Shown piece by piece: positions 13,475 through 25,030 of a DNA stretch of 64,000 nt; position 1 is the first letter of the stretch; each line of letters begins with the position of its first letter. The position numbers and the translations under genes are program-made. The notes below the pieces were generated by a model, which was not told the DNA's origin, did no database searches, and saw only the letters and a program-made list of their open reading frames with translations. Location of the stretch: the NCBI RefSeq assembly GCF_009914755.1, contig NC_060947.1; one strand, given 5' to 3'. Source of the DNA: the human T2T-CHM13v2.0 reference genome, Homo sapiens.

Positions 13475-16020
13475 TAAATGTCTCTTTTGTAAAACTGACA
13501 TATAATTAACATATCATAAAATTCACCTATTTAAAGTGTACAATTTGGTGGTTTTTCATGTACTCAAAAAGTTATGTAACCATCAACATTATCTAATTCC
13601 AGAATATTTTCACCACCAAAGGAAACCCTGCAGATATTAGTAGTCACTTTCCATTCCTGCATGTACCCCACCGCTGCTCAGTCCCTAGCAACCGCTAATC
13701 TGTTTTCTGACTCTGTGGATTTGCCTAGTGTTGACATTTGAAATAAATAGAATTGTGCGATATGTGACCATTTGTGTTTGGTTTCTTTCACTTAGCATAA
13801 CATTTTCAAAATTCACTCATGTTGTAAAATATACTAGTACTTTAGTCTTTTTGACATTTAAATGATATTCCATTGAAGGCATACATGTGAGCTTTTTATA
13901 CTTTATAGAGTATGGATAATGCTGCTGTGAATACTTTTGTACAAGGTTTTATATGGGCATATGCTTTCATTTCTCTAGGGTATATGCCTAGGAGTGGAAT
14001 TTCTAGATTATATGGTAGCTTTATGTTTGACTTTTTGAAGAGTGGTCACACTGTTTTCTACAGCAGCTGTACCAGTTTCCATTTCTACCTGCAATGTATG
14101 AGGCTTCTAATTTTCTTACATGCAAACACTTCTGAAATTACGTTTTTGTTTTTTGTTTTGTTATAACCAGACATGTGGATATGAAGTATTATCCTCATTG
14201 TGGATTTGCTTTTCATGCCCCTAATGACTAATGATGTTAAGTATCTTTTCATGTGCTTACTGTCCATTTGTATATCTCCCTGGAGAAATGTCTATTCAAA
14301 TATTCTGCCTGTTTTTATTTGGGTAGTCCTTTTATTATTGATTTCTAAGTGTTCTTTACATTTTAGATAGTAATCCCTTATCAGATATATGATTTGCAAA
14401 AATTTCCACCAATTATGTGAGTCATCTTTTCACTTTCTTGATAGTATTCTTGGAAGCAAAATGTTTTAAAATTTGATGAAGTCCCATGCAATATGTCTGT
14501 AAACATGCATACATGCCTATATGCATGTGAGTGGGTTTAATGTGCATGGGTTTCCAGTGATTTTCTATATATAAGATTATTTCACCTGAAATACAGATAG
14601 CGTTACATCTTTCTTTTCCATCTGGATGCTTCTTTTGCTTGCCTAATTGTCCTGACTAAAACCGCTAGTAAAATGTTGAATAGAAATGGCAAAGGTGGGC
14701 ATCCTGATCTTAGGGAGAAATCTTTCAGTCTTTGAACATTAAGAATGAAGTGAGCTGTGAGTTTTGCATAGATGCACTTTGCTCCAGCTGACAAAGTATG
14801 TTTTTCTATTCATAATATGTTAATTGTTCCACTATAGAATGCTGTTGAATTTAAAAAATGTTTCTGCAGTTAGAGGAACATGTGATTTTTTTCTATTAGT
14901 ATATTTTATTATATTGATTCATTTTTATGTGTTGAACCGGCATGCATTTCTGTGATAAGTCCCATTTGCTCATGATAAATAATCTGTTTTATATGTTTGC
15001 TGGATTTCATTTGCTAGTATTTTCTGACAAATTTTATGTCTATACAGATTAAGGATACTGGCAGAAACCCCTGAGTTTCTTTTCTTATGATTTCTTTGGT
15101 TTTGGTATCAGGCTAATACCAAAGATTAGATTAGATTTCACCCTAATATCAGGATGCTCACCTCTGCCATTTCTATTCAACATTTTACTAGTGGTTTTGG
15201 CCAGGACAATTAGGCAAGCAAAAGAAGCATCCAGATGGAAAAGAAAAATGTAACACTATCTGTATTTCAGGTAATCAGCTTGGAAATGCTTCTTCTCCTA
15301 TTTTTTGGAATAATTGGGAAGGATTCGTGTTAATTTTTAAAAACTTTTAATAGAATTCACCAGTGAAACTATCTTTTTAGAGAATTCAAAACCATAGCTC
15401 TTAAATATCTTCATTCCCTCCATCTTTGGGCTGTTATTGTCATATAACTGGTCTTTTAAACTGTATAAACCTTAAAATAGATTTTTAAAATATATCATTC
15501 CTAGATATGGGATTTTTGGTTGACATTTTCTGTTTGCTTTTATTTAAGCACTTTGAATTAGTTATCCCACTGCATCCTTCTGCTCTCTCTCTCTGCTGAA
15601 GAATCAAGTGTTAAAATTATCAAGGTTTCTCTGTAAGTAAAGAATAATTTTTCTCCAGCTACTTCAAAGATTTTCTCCTTGTTTTTGGCTATTGGCACTT
15701 TTACTATGATATGTCTGTGTGTGGATCTTTTTATATTCATTCTACTTGGAGTATATTGAGCTTGTTGAGTGTGTAGAATAATGTTTGTCATTCAATCTGG
15801 ATTCAATCTGGTAAGATTTTGTCATTACTTCCTCAAATAGTCTCTCTCTTCTCTATCTTGTCTTTTCTGAATTCTAATTTTAAATATGTTTGCATGTCTG
15901 ATGGTATACCAAAGCTTTCTGAGGCTCTATTTATTTATCTTCTTTTTTTTCTTTCTATTGTATCTCAGTCTGAGTAATCTCAATTAACTATCTTCAAGTT
16001 TGTTGATTCTTTCTTCTCAA
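13475..16020 (-). mobile_element. L1MB-type element, rearranged (3'UTR and ORF2 end ~13475-14490; RT-region piece ~14550-15380; ORF1 piece ~15400-16020)
   Basis: cataaaattcacctatttaaagtgtacaattt and accatcaacattatctaattccagaatattttc are L1MB 3'UTR-like; ORF 14603-14794 has [22 protein letters not shown]; ORF 15558-15791 has ORF1 motifs RSTHRHIIVK and KEKIFEVA. Confidence 0.85.
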
Positions 16021-16471
16021 ATTCTTCTGTGCTCACTAGGAATATTGTTAGAGAAGAAAATGAACATTCTGTAAACTCCCCCAAGTTGCGTGACAGAAAG
16101 CTGAAGAATAAAATGACATGGTATGGATAAACTTCAATCTGAAAACTTCACATATCCCAATTTGACTCAGATATTTTTATTAATAGAACTGCATTTCCAC
16201 AGTTTTTAACTCTTGAGCTGTAGCTATTATTAGCTTATTTCAAAGACAATAGTATTCTTGAAAGCATTAACATGACAATGTGAATAAATTAGCCCAACAC
16301 TTAATTAGTTCTGTACAGGTGGATCTCATAATTAAGAACAAATTTCATGCCTTCCGCCCAACTATATAGCTGTCATTCTGAGCCCTGTAGTAATCATATT
16401 GGTAAAGATTCCTACAATAAGATGGAAATATATATAACTCATAAAAAAGGCATACAAAATTTAAAGCTGGA

Positions 16472-16504
<33 letters not shown>

Positions 16505-16515
16505 TATATATATAT

Positions 16516-16549
<34 letters not shown>
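16472..16549. repeat. (TA)n microsatellite with two CACA interruptions
   Basis: About 78 bp of alternating TA read directly. Confidence 0.95.
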
Positions 16550-16552
<3 letters not shown>

Positions 16553-17809
16553 CTCATTTTTATTGATGTGCCTTGAGTCTAAATCTACTGGATGAATGTA
16601 CCATGTTGAAATACCTGATCAAGCAAATATAACAGGCATGTGCTGTGTTTATTTGCTTCAAACATTAACTTGAAACTGTGTTCTTTTTTCCCTTCCCTAC
16701 AAACACTTCCACTTGGATAGGGAAGAAAAAAGAAGGTAGGTTTTAAATTTCTAGATTCAGAGAACATATCTGATTATGAGAATTAGAAACAGAGAGAGAG
16801 AGGGAGATGTGAACTGAGAAGAGAAAATATATAAGCTGAAAAGTAGGAAATACAGTATTTTTAAGATAAACAGAAGAAAAACTGCAATGCCTTTTAGCAT
16901 TTTTTTTTTCCTTCCCCTTCAAAAGAAGTGATGGCTGTAGAGTGAGAAGGAAAGACAGATGGTATTCCAGCGAAGTTTGAGGGATCAGAGGTATAGATCC
17001 TTATTGCTAATTTCTTTACTAATCAAATTAACTGTTACTAATTTATCGCATGGCTGTAGTGTGTGAAAGAGTAGCCCTAAGAAACTCTCTATTACATTAA
17101 CGTATGGGGAAGTCAACAGAAAGCTGAGGAAGTTATACACTTAATTTACAGGGAAAAATCCGGCTTCCTCTCCAGTTCCTTAGAGAGCTCATTTTGAAAT
17201 AATAAGCAGGCAGTAGTCTTTAGCTAGGAGTGTCAGCCCTCAAAACATCATAGAGATGTGAATAGGCCTCTTGTTCGGCATTAAGAAATAGAAAACAGCT
17301 GTGTTTTTAAAAGATCATCCATTAAAGGACATCCTCCAAGAGTTCTGTTTACTATCCACATATTACCCAGTGCCACTTAAAATATCCAGCCTACGGTGCT
17401 TTTGTGAAGATAAACGACTATAAGTTCATCATGACTGTGTAACAGAGACCTCTAGGTCCCAGCATGAATGTTCAATTCCTCTTCCTATCGGGTAAGATGA
17501 AGTACACCTGAAAGTGTCAAGACTAAATTTGCTGTTGTTGGTGAAATTGCAGGCAGATAAAGTAATTTAAAGCTAGTTTTATAAATAAAGAGATTCCATA
17601 TATTAACTCCCAAGTTTTTTGGGCTGTTGTCACTGGGAATCATCATATAGGTTATAGGCACACATACATATTTCAATATTTCTCCCAAAATTATCTAGTA
17701 GATTTTTTTTACTTTTACCACATGAATTTCTAGGCATATATACTTATATACAATTACTTTATTTATTAATAGAGAAATTTTTGGCAGAAAATGTTGTGTA
17801 CTTGAGGAG

Positions 17810-18335
17810 AGACACTTTAGTATTATGGAAAGAGCATGCTAGCAGATAAGCCTGGCTTGGGATTATGTCTAACCTTGTAATTTATTTGCTTGTAACTTGA
17901 GCAGGTATCCAGTTCTGGTTACCTCTCTTTTCCTTTTCTTTCTTTCTTTTTTTTTTTTTTTTTTTTACTGTTGAAAACAATAATAGCAACTTATTGCAAA
18001 CAACCTCTGTGCCAACCATATGTAAGACTGTTTAACTTGTGTCAATTTACTTATTCCCCACAGAAAATCTATAAAATTGGTGTTACTCAATTTTAAGATG
18101 AGAAAATAGGCTCAAAAAGTGAGGTAAATTGTCCAAAGTAAATGATTGCATTACATCTTAAGATCAGGTTTGCCTTATCTTGAAGTCCTTACTCTGAAGT
18201 ACTTGACCTTTCTAAACGTCAGTGAACTCATTGATAAAATAGGCATAGTTGCACTCCTCACAAGGATTTTACACATATTAAATACAAGAATGTATGAAAA
18301 TATCTAGCACATAGAGAGTGTCAATAAATGTGTAT
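17810..18335. mobile_element. Nested MIR fragments flanking a T-rich tract (17926-17967)
   Basis: Antisense core ttttaagatgagaaaataggctcaaaaagtgaggtaaattgtccaaag; sense tail tctagcacatagagagtgtcaataaatg. Confidence 0.6.
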
Positions 18336-18349
18336 TTCTTTTTACTATG

Positions 18350-18697
18350 TGTCTTAATCTATTTGAGCTGCTATAACAGAATACCACAGAGTTGGTGGCT
18401 TATAAACAGTACATTTATTTCTCACAAATCTAGAGGCTGTGAAATTCACAATTAAAGTGCCTGATGGTTGGGTGCCTGGTGAGAGCGTACTTGCTGATTC
18501 ATAGATAGCCCCTTCTTGCTGTGTCTTCACATAGTGAAAGGGGAGAGGGAGCTCTCTGAGGTCTCCTTTATGAAGGCACTAATCCCATTCATGAGGACTC
18601 CTCCCTCATGACCTAATCATCTCCGAAAGGCTCCAACTCAAAGGTAAGGAATTTAACATGAGAATTTGGGAGAATCACAAACATTCAGATCATAGTA
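18350..18697 (-). mobile_element. MLT1A-type MaLR solo LTR
   Basis: tgtcttaatctatttgagctgctataacagaataccacag...ggcactaatcccattcatgagg...cacaaacattcagatcatagta; degenerate TSD ctatg/ctatc. Confidence 0.9.
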
Positions 18698-18746
18698 CTA
18701 TCCCCTTCCTATAGGAAATCAGTTGATTTGAGGGTTTTTTAATTTA

Positions 18747-19019
<273 letters not shown>

Positions 19020-19174
19020 TTATCTAACAAGTTCAATGCTCTGGAACACAGGCAAGAGCCAAAAGTTAGTAAATAAGCCTTATAGTAGTTACAGAATAAT
19101 ATTAAAATGTGAAGACATTTTTATATGGCCCTCTTCTACATGACATTTGTCAGTATCATTTTATTATATTTCTA

Positions 19175-22100
19175 TTGTTTTACTTTTTTAATTTTCATTG
19201 TAAGTTTAAGGGTTTGAGTGCAGGTTTGTTTTATAGGTAAAGTCATGTCATGGGGCTTTATTGTACAGACTATTTCATCACCGAGGTATGAAGCCTAGTA
19301 GCCATTAGTTATTTTTCCTGATCACCTCCCTCCTCTCACCCCCATCCTGCGTTAGGCCACAGTGTCAGTTATTACCTCTGTGTGTCCATGTGTTCTCATT
19401 ATTTAGCTCCAACTTATAAGTGAGAACATGTGGCACTTTGTTTTCTGTTCCTGTGTCAGTTTGCTAGGGATAATGGCCTGCAGCTCAATCCATGTTCCTG
19501 CAAAGGACATGATCTTATTCTTCTTTTGTGACTACATAGTATTCCATGGTGTATATGTATCACATTTTCTTTATTCAGTCCCCACTGATGAGCATTTAGG
19601 TTTCTTTTATGTCTTTGCCATTGCAAATAGTGCTGCAATGAACATACGCATGCATGTGTCTTTATAATTGAACAATTTATATTCCTTTGGCTAAATACCC
19701 AGTAATGGGATTCCTGGGTCAAAAAGTAGTTCTGTTTTTAGGTTTTGAGGAATTGCCACACTACTTTTCACAATGGTTTTACTAATTTACACTACTAGCA
19801 ACAGTGTTTAAGTGGTCCTTTTTCTCCACAACCATGCTAGCACCTGTCATTGTTTGACTTTTCAGTAATAGCCATTTTGACTGGTTTGAGATGGTATCTC
19901 ATCGTGGTTTTTCTTTGCGTTTCTCTAATGATCAGCGATGTTGAGCTTTTTCTTAAGATGTTCGTTGGCCACATATATGTCTTGTTTTGAAAAATATTTG
20001 TTTATGTCCACTGCCCACTTTTTAAGAGGGTTGTATTAGTTGCTTTTTACACTGCTATAAACAATGACCAGAGCCTGGGTAATTTATGAAGAAAAAAGTT
20101 TTAATTCACATGCAGTTCCAGAGGGCTTGGGAGGCCTCAGGAAACTTCCAATCAGGTGGAAGGCAAAGGGGAAGCCAGGCACATCTTACATGGTGTCAGG
20201 AGAGAGAGAGCACTAAGGGGGAAGTGCCACTTTTAAACCATCAGATCTTGTGAGAACTCACTCACTATCATGAAAACAGCATGGCAGAAACCAACCCCAT
20301 TATCCAATCACATCCCACCAGGTCCCTCCCTTGACATAGGGATTATAATTTGAGATGAGATTTGGGTGGGGACACGGAGCCAAATCATATCGGGGGTTGC
20401 TTGTCCTTTCTCTTATAAATTTGTTTAAGTTCCTTACAGATGCTGAATATTAGACCTTTGTCAGATGCATAGTTTGAAAGAAAAATTTCCCATTCTATGG
20501 GTTGTCTGTTTATTCTTTTGATAGTTTCTTTTGTTGTGCAGAAGCTCTTTAGTTTAATTAAATCCCATTTGTTAATTTTTGCTTTTGTTGGATTGCTTTT
20601 GTTATCTTTGTCATGAAATCTTTGCCTGTTCCTATGTCCAGAATGGTATTGCTTAAGTTGTCTTCAGGGTTCTTATAGTTTTGTGTTTTACGTTTAAGTC
20701 TTTGATCCAATGTGGGTTGATTTTTGTATATAGTGTAAGGAAGTGGTCCAGTTTCAATCTTCTGCATATGGCTAACCAGTTATCCTAGCACCATTTATTT
20801 AATAGAGTGTCATTTCCCCATTGCTTGTTTTTGTCAGCTTTGTAGAAGATCAGATGGTTGTAGGTATGCAGCCTTATATCTGGGCTCTCTGTTCGGTTAC
20901 ATTGTTCTATGCGTCTGTTTTTGTAGCAGTATCATGCTCTTTTGGTTACTGTAGTCCTGGAATATAGTGTGAAGTCAGGTAGTGCACTGTCTCCAGCTTT
21001 ATTCTTTTTGCTTAGAATTGCCTTCACTATTTGGACTCTTTTTTGGTTCCATATGAATTTAATTTCTTTTTCTAGTACTGTGAAGAATCTCAATTGTAGT
21101 TTAATAAGAATGGCATTGAATCTATAAATTGCTTTGGGAAGTATGGCCATTATTACAATATTGATTCTTCCTATCCACGAGCATGGAATGTTTTTTAATT
21201 TGTTTGTGGCATCTCTGATTTCTTTGAGCAATGGTTTGTAGTTCTGATTGTAGAGATCTTTCACCTTCCTGGTTAGCTGTATTCCTGGGTATTTTTTGTT
21301 TTTATGGCAGTTGTGAATGGAATTGTTTTCCTGATTTGGATCTCAGCTTGACTGTTGTTGGCGTATAGGAGTGCTAGTCATTTTTATAGGTTGATTTTCT
21401 CCCCTGAGACTTAGCTTAAGTTATCAGCGGAAGGAGATTTTGGGCCAAGACTATGGGATTTTCTATATATAGAATAATGTTGTCTGGAAAGGGATATAGT
21501 GTGACTTAGTAGCTTCCTATTCAGATGCCATTAATTTTTTTTTCTTTTACCTGATTACTCTGTGCAAGACTTCCAATACTATGTTGAATAGGAATAGTGT
21601 TCTTCATTTTTATCCATATTCGGATTTCTATTTCTGTCATTTCAGCCATCTCAGCCTGCTTCAGAACCCTTTCTGGAGAAGTGGTGCTGTCATTGGGAGG
21701 AAAGAAGTAATGCTGGCTTTTTGAGTTTTCAGAGTTCTTATGCTGGTTCTCTCTCATCTCTGTAGGTTGATGTTCCTTAAATCTGTGAAGTTGCTGTCCT
21801 TTGAATATGTTATGTCCATTTTATGACCTTGAGAATTTTATTGTGATATAAGGTGTATTCAGTTGACTGGCTTCATTTCTGGAAGATTTTAGGCAGCTAT
21901 GGCTCAGGACATAACCGTGTGCTGCATGCTCTGACTCTGGAAACTTGTATTGGGCTCCAATTTTTTTTTCTGGCTCCCTGAGTTTAGAAACCCACTGTGA
22001 TGGGGATGCTGAAGAGCTGTCAGACTTCTGGTCAAGCACTCTGATGGGTTGTGCTGGGCAAAGAATTTTGTAGGGTGGTGGTAGCAGGATTGGTCCTTGT

Positions 22101-22622
22101 TCACACATGCCAGCAGCAGTGACAGCCTCACAGTGGCAGGGTGCATGCTCATTGGCTGCAGCAGAGTTGAGCAGATGCTGGGGTTCCTGCCTCTGTGCAG
22201 GTGTTCAAAACAGCAATGGAGGCAACACAGCTGGGGGGAGGCAGTGGGGACTCCTATTGGTGACTGTGCGTTCTGTGTGCTTGTGGTGGTGTTAGTACTG
22301 GAGCAGGTCACTGGCAAATGCAGATCTGTGTGCATCCTCTGTGAATATTTATGCAGGCAAGGGTGACAGCCCAGGATAGGGGAGGTTCCATTGTTTTCTT
22401 TGTCTAGTTTCACTTTGGCTGCAGTGTTGGCACTGGGTGGAGACATTGGCGGGGGCAGTTCTGGTGGCCTTTGTGCCTGCCTTTGTTCTTGTTCACACAC
22501 GCCAGCAGCAGTGGCAGCATCATTGTGGCAGAGTGCACACTCATTGGCTGCAGCAGGGTGCTAGCAGATGCTGGAGTTCCTGTCTCTGCACAGGTGTTCA
22601 CAGGAGCAATGGAGGCAGCACA
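19175..22622 (-). mobile_element. L1PA13-16/L1PREC2-type L1, interrupted by a MaLR LTR and internally deleted at ~21600
   Basis: 3'UTR ggtaaagtcatgtcatgggg...aagcctagtagccattagttatttttcctgatc; ORF 20932-21264 is ORF2 ([27 protein letters not shown]); ORF1 N-terminus at 21757 (MRENQHKNSENSKSQ); GC-richer 5'UTR beyond. Confidence 0.9.
20032..20392 (-). mobile_element. MSTA/THE1D-type solo LTR inserted in the L1
   Basis: tgtattagt...gaggcctcaggaaacttccaatc...ccatcagatcttgtgagaactcactcactatcatg...gagatttgggtggggacac; TSD agggt/ggggt. Confidence 0.9.
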
Positions 22623-22696
22623 AATTCAACATGGCCAAACTCCATGTTTTGAAAAAACAATTCATAATAAGACTACTCAGTTTTTTAATAAGTTAC

Positions 22697-25030
22697 TAAT
22701 ATGGTTTGGATGTACCCCTGCCCAACCACACCTTAAATTGCAATAATTCTGACATGGCAACAGTGGGGCCAGGTGGAGATAATTGAATCATGGGGGCAGT
22801 TTCCCCCATACTGTACTCATGGTAGTAATTAAGTCTCACAAGATCTGATGGTTTTATAAATGGGAGTTCCCCTGCACAAGCTCTCTTGCCTGCCTCCATG
22901 TAAGACATGACTTTGCTCCTTATGTGCCATCCACCATGATTGTGAGGCCTCCCCAGTCATGCGTAACAGTGGGTCAATTAAAGCTCTTTCCTTTATAAAT
23001 TACCCAGTTTTGGCTGCGTCTTTATTAGCAGTGCGAAAACAGACTAATACAGTAAATTGGTATGGGTAAAGTGGGATGCTGCTGGAAGTGACTTTGGAAC
23101 TGGGTAACAGGCAGAGGTTGGAACAGTTTGGAGGGCTCAGAAGAGGGCAGGAAAATGTAGGAAAGTTTGGAACTTCCTAAAGACTTGTTGAATGGCTTTG
23201 GCCAAAATGCTGATAGTGATATGGACAATAAAGTCCAGGCTGAGGTGGTCTTGGATGGAGATGAGGAACTTTTTGGGAACTGGAGCAAAGATGACTCTTG
23301 CTATGTTTTAGCAAAGAGACTGGGGGCATTTTGCCCCTGCTCCAGATATTTATGGAAATTTGAACTTGAAAGAAATAATTTATGGCATCTGTCAGAAGAA
23401 TTTTCTAAGCAGCATAGCATTGAAGAGGTGACTTGGGTACTGTTATAAGCATTCGGTTTTATGTATTCACGAAGATGTGGTTTGGAATTGAAACTTATGT
23501 TTAGAAGGGAAGCAGAGCATAAAAGTTTAGAAAATTGGCAACCTGACAATGCAATAGAAAAGAAAAACCCATTATCTGAGGACAAATTCAAGAGAGCTAC
23601 AGAAATTTGCATAAGTAACTAGGAGCCAAGCATTAATTGCCAAGACAATGGGGAAAATATCTCCAGGGCACTCAGAGGTCTTCCAGGCCATCCCTCTAAT
23701 CACAAGCTAGGAGGTATAGAAGGAAAAAATGGTTTCGAGGGCTGAGCCCATGGCCTTGCTGCTTTGTGCAGTCTCGGGACTTGGTGCCCTGTGTCCCAGC
23801 CATAGCTAAAAGGGGCCAATGTAGAGCTCAGGCCGTTGCTTCCGAGGGTGCAAGGCCCAAGCTTTGGCAGCTTACACTTGGTATTGGGCCTGTGGGTACA
23901 CAGAAGTCAAAAATTGAGGTTTGGGAAGCTCCACCTAGATTTCAGAGGACATATGGAAATGCCTATATGTCTAGGCAGAATTCTGCTGCAAAGGCAGAGC
24001 CCTCATTTTACCATCTCTGTTAGGGCAGTGCAGAAGGTAAATGTGGGGTACAAGCCTCCACATACAGTCCCCACTGGAACACTGCCTAGTGGAGCTGTGA
24101 GAAGAGGGCCACTGTCCTCAAGACACCAGAATGGTAGATCCACCAACAGCTTGCTACTATTATAGTAGATCTATAATGGTAGATCTGTGCACCTGGAAAA
24201 GCCACAGACACTCAATGCCAGCCAGTGAAAGCAGCCAGGAGGAGGGCTGTACCCTGCAAAGCCACAGGGGCATAACTTCCCAACACTATGAGAACCCACC
24301 TCTTGTATCAGCATGACCTGGATGTGAGAATTGGAGTCAAAGGAGATCATTTTGGAGCTTTAGGATTTGACTGCCCTGCTAGATTTTGGACTTGCATTGG
24401 GCCTGTAGTTCCTTAGTTTTGGACAATTTCTCCCATTTGAAACAGGTGCATTCACCCAATGCCTATACCCTCATTGTATCTAGGTAGTAACTAACTTGTT
24501 TTTGATTTTACAGGATCATAGGCGAAGGGACATGCCTTGTCTCAGATGAGACTTTGGACTGTGGACTTTTGAGTTAATGCTAATATAGGTTAAGACTTTG
24601 GAGGACTGTTGGGAAGGCATGATTGGTTTTGAAATGTGAAGTCATGAGATTTGGGAGGGGCCAGGAGTGGAATAATATGTTTTGGCTGTGTCTCTACCCA
24701 AGTCTCACCTTGAATTGTAATAATCTCCATGTATCAATGGTGGGGCTAGGTGGAGATAACTGAATCATGTGGGTGGTTTCCCCCATACTGTTCTCATGGT
24801 GGTGAATAAGTGTCGCAAGATCTGATGATTTGATAAATGGGAGTTCCCCTGCACAAGCTCTCTTGCCTGCTGCCATGTAAGATGTGACTTTGCTCCCCAT
24901 TGACCTTTGCCATGATTGTGAGGACTCCCTAGCCATGTGAAACTGCGAGTCTATTAAACCTCTTTCCGTTATCAATTACCCAGTCTCAGATATGTTTTTT
25001 TTTTTAGCAGAATGAGAACAGACTAATACA
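22697..25030 (+). mobile_element. Complete THE1C MaLR provirus (5'LTR 22697-23051, internal 23052-24672, 3'LTR 24673-25030)
   Basis: Two ~355-bp LTRs ending gactaataca; THE1-int start gtaaattggta; polypurine tract gggaggggccaggagtggaa; perfect TSD gttac at 22692-22696 and 25031-25035; aaatgggagttcccctgcacaagctctcttgcctgc is THE1C-like. Confidence 0.95.

Noticed and set aside
21904-22746. Cluster of overlapping ORFs up to 198 aa
   Set aside because: Arises from the GC-richer, stop-poor L1 5'UTR and its internal repeat
23025-24316. Several ORFs in THE1-int
   Set aside because: Broken remnants of the MaLR internal region; no intact frame
24924-24936. ACTCCCTAGCCAT resembling the PRDM9 THE1 hotspot motif CCNCCNTNNCCNC
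   Set aside because: Mismatches at the first and last conserved C; not a motif match
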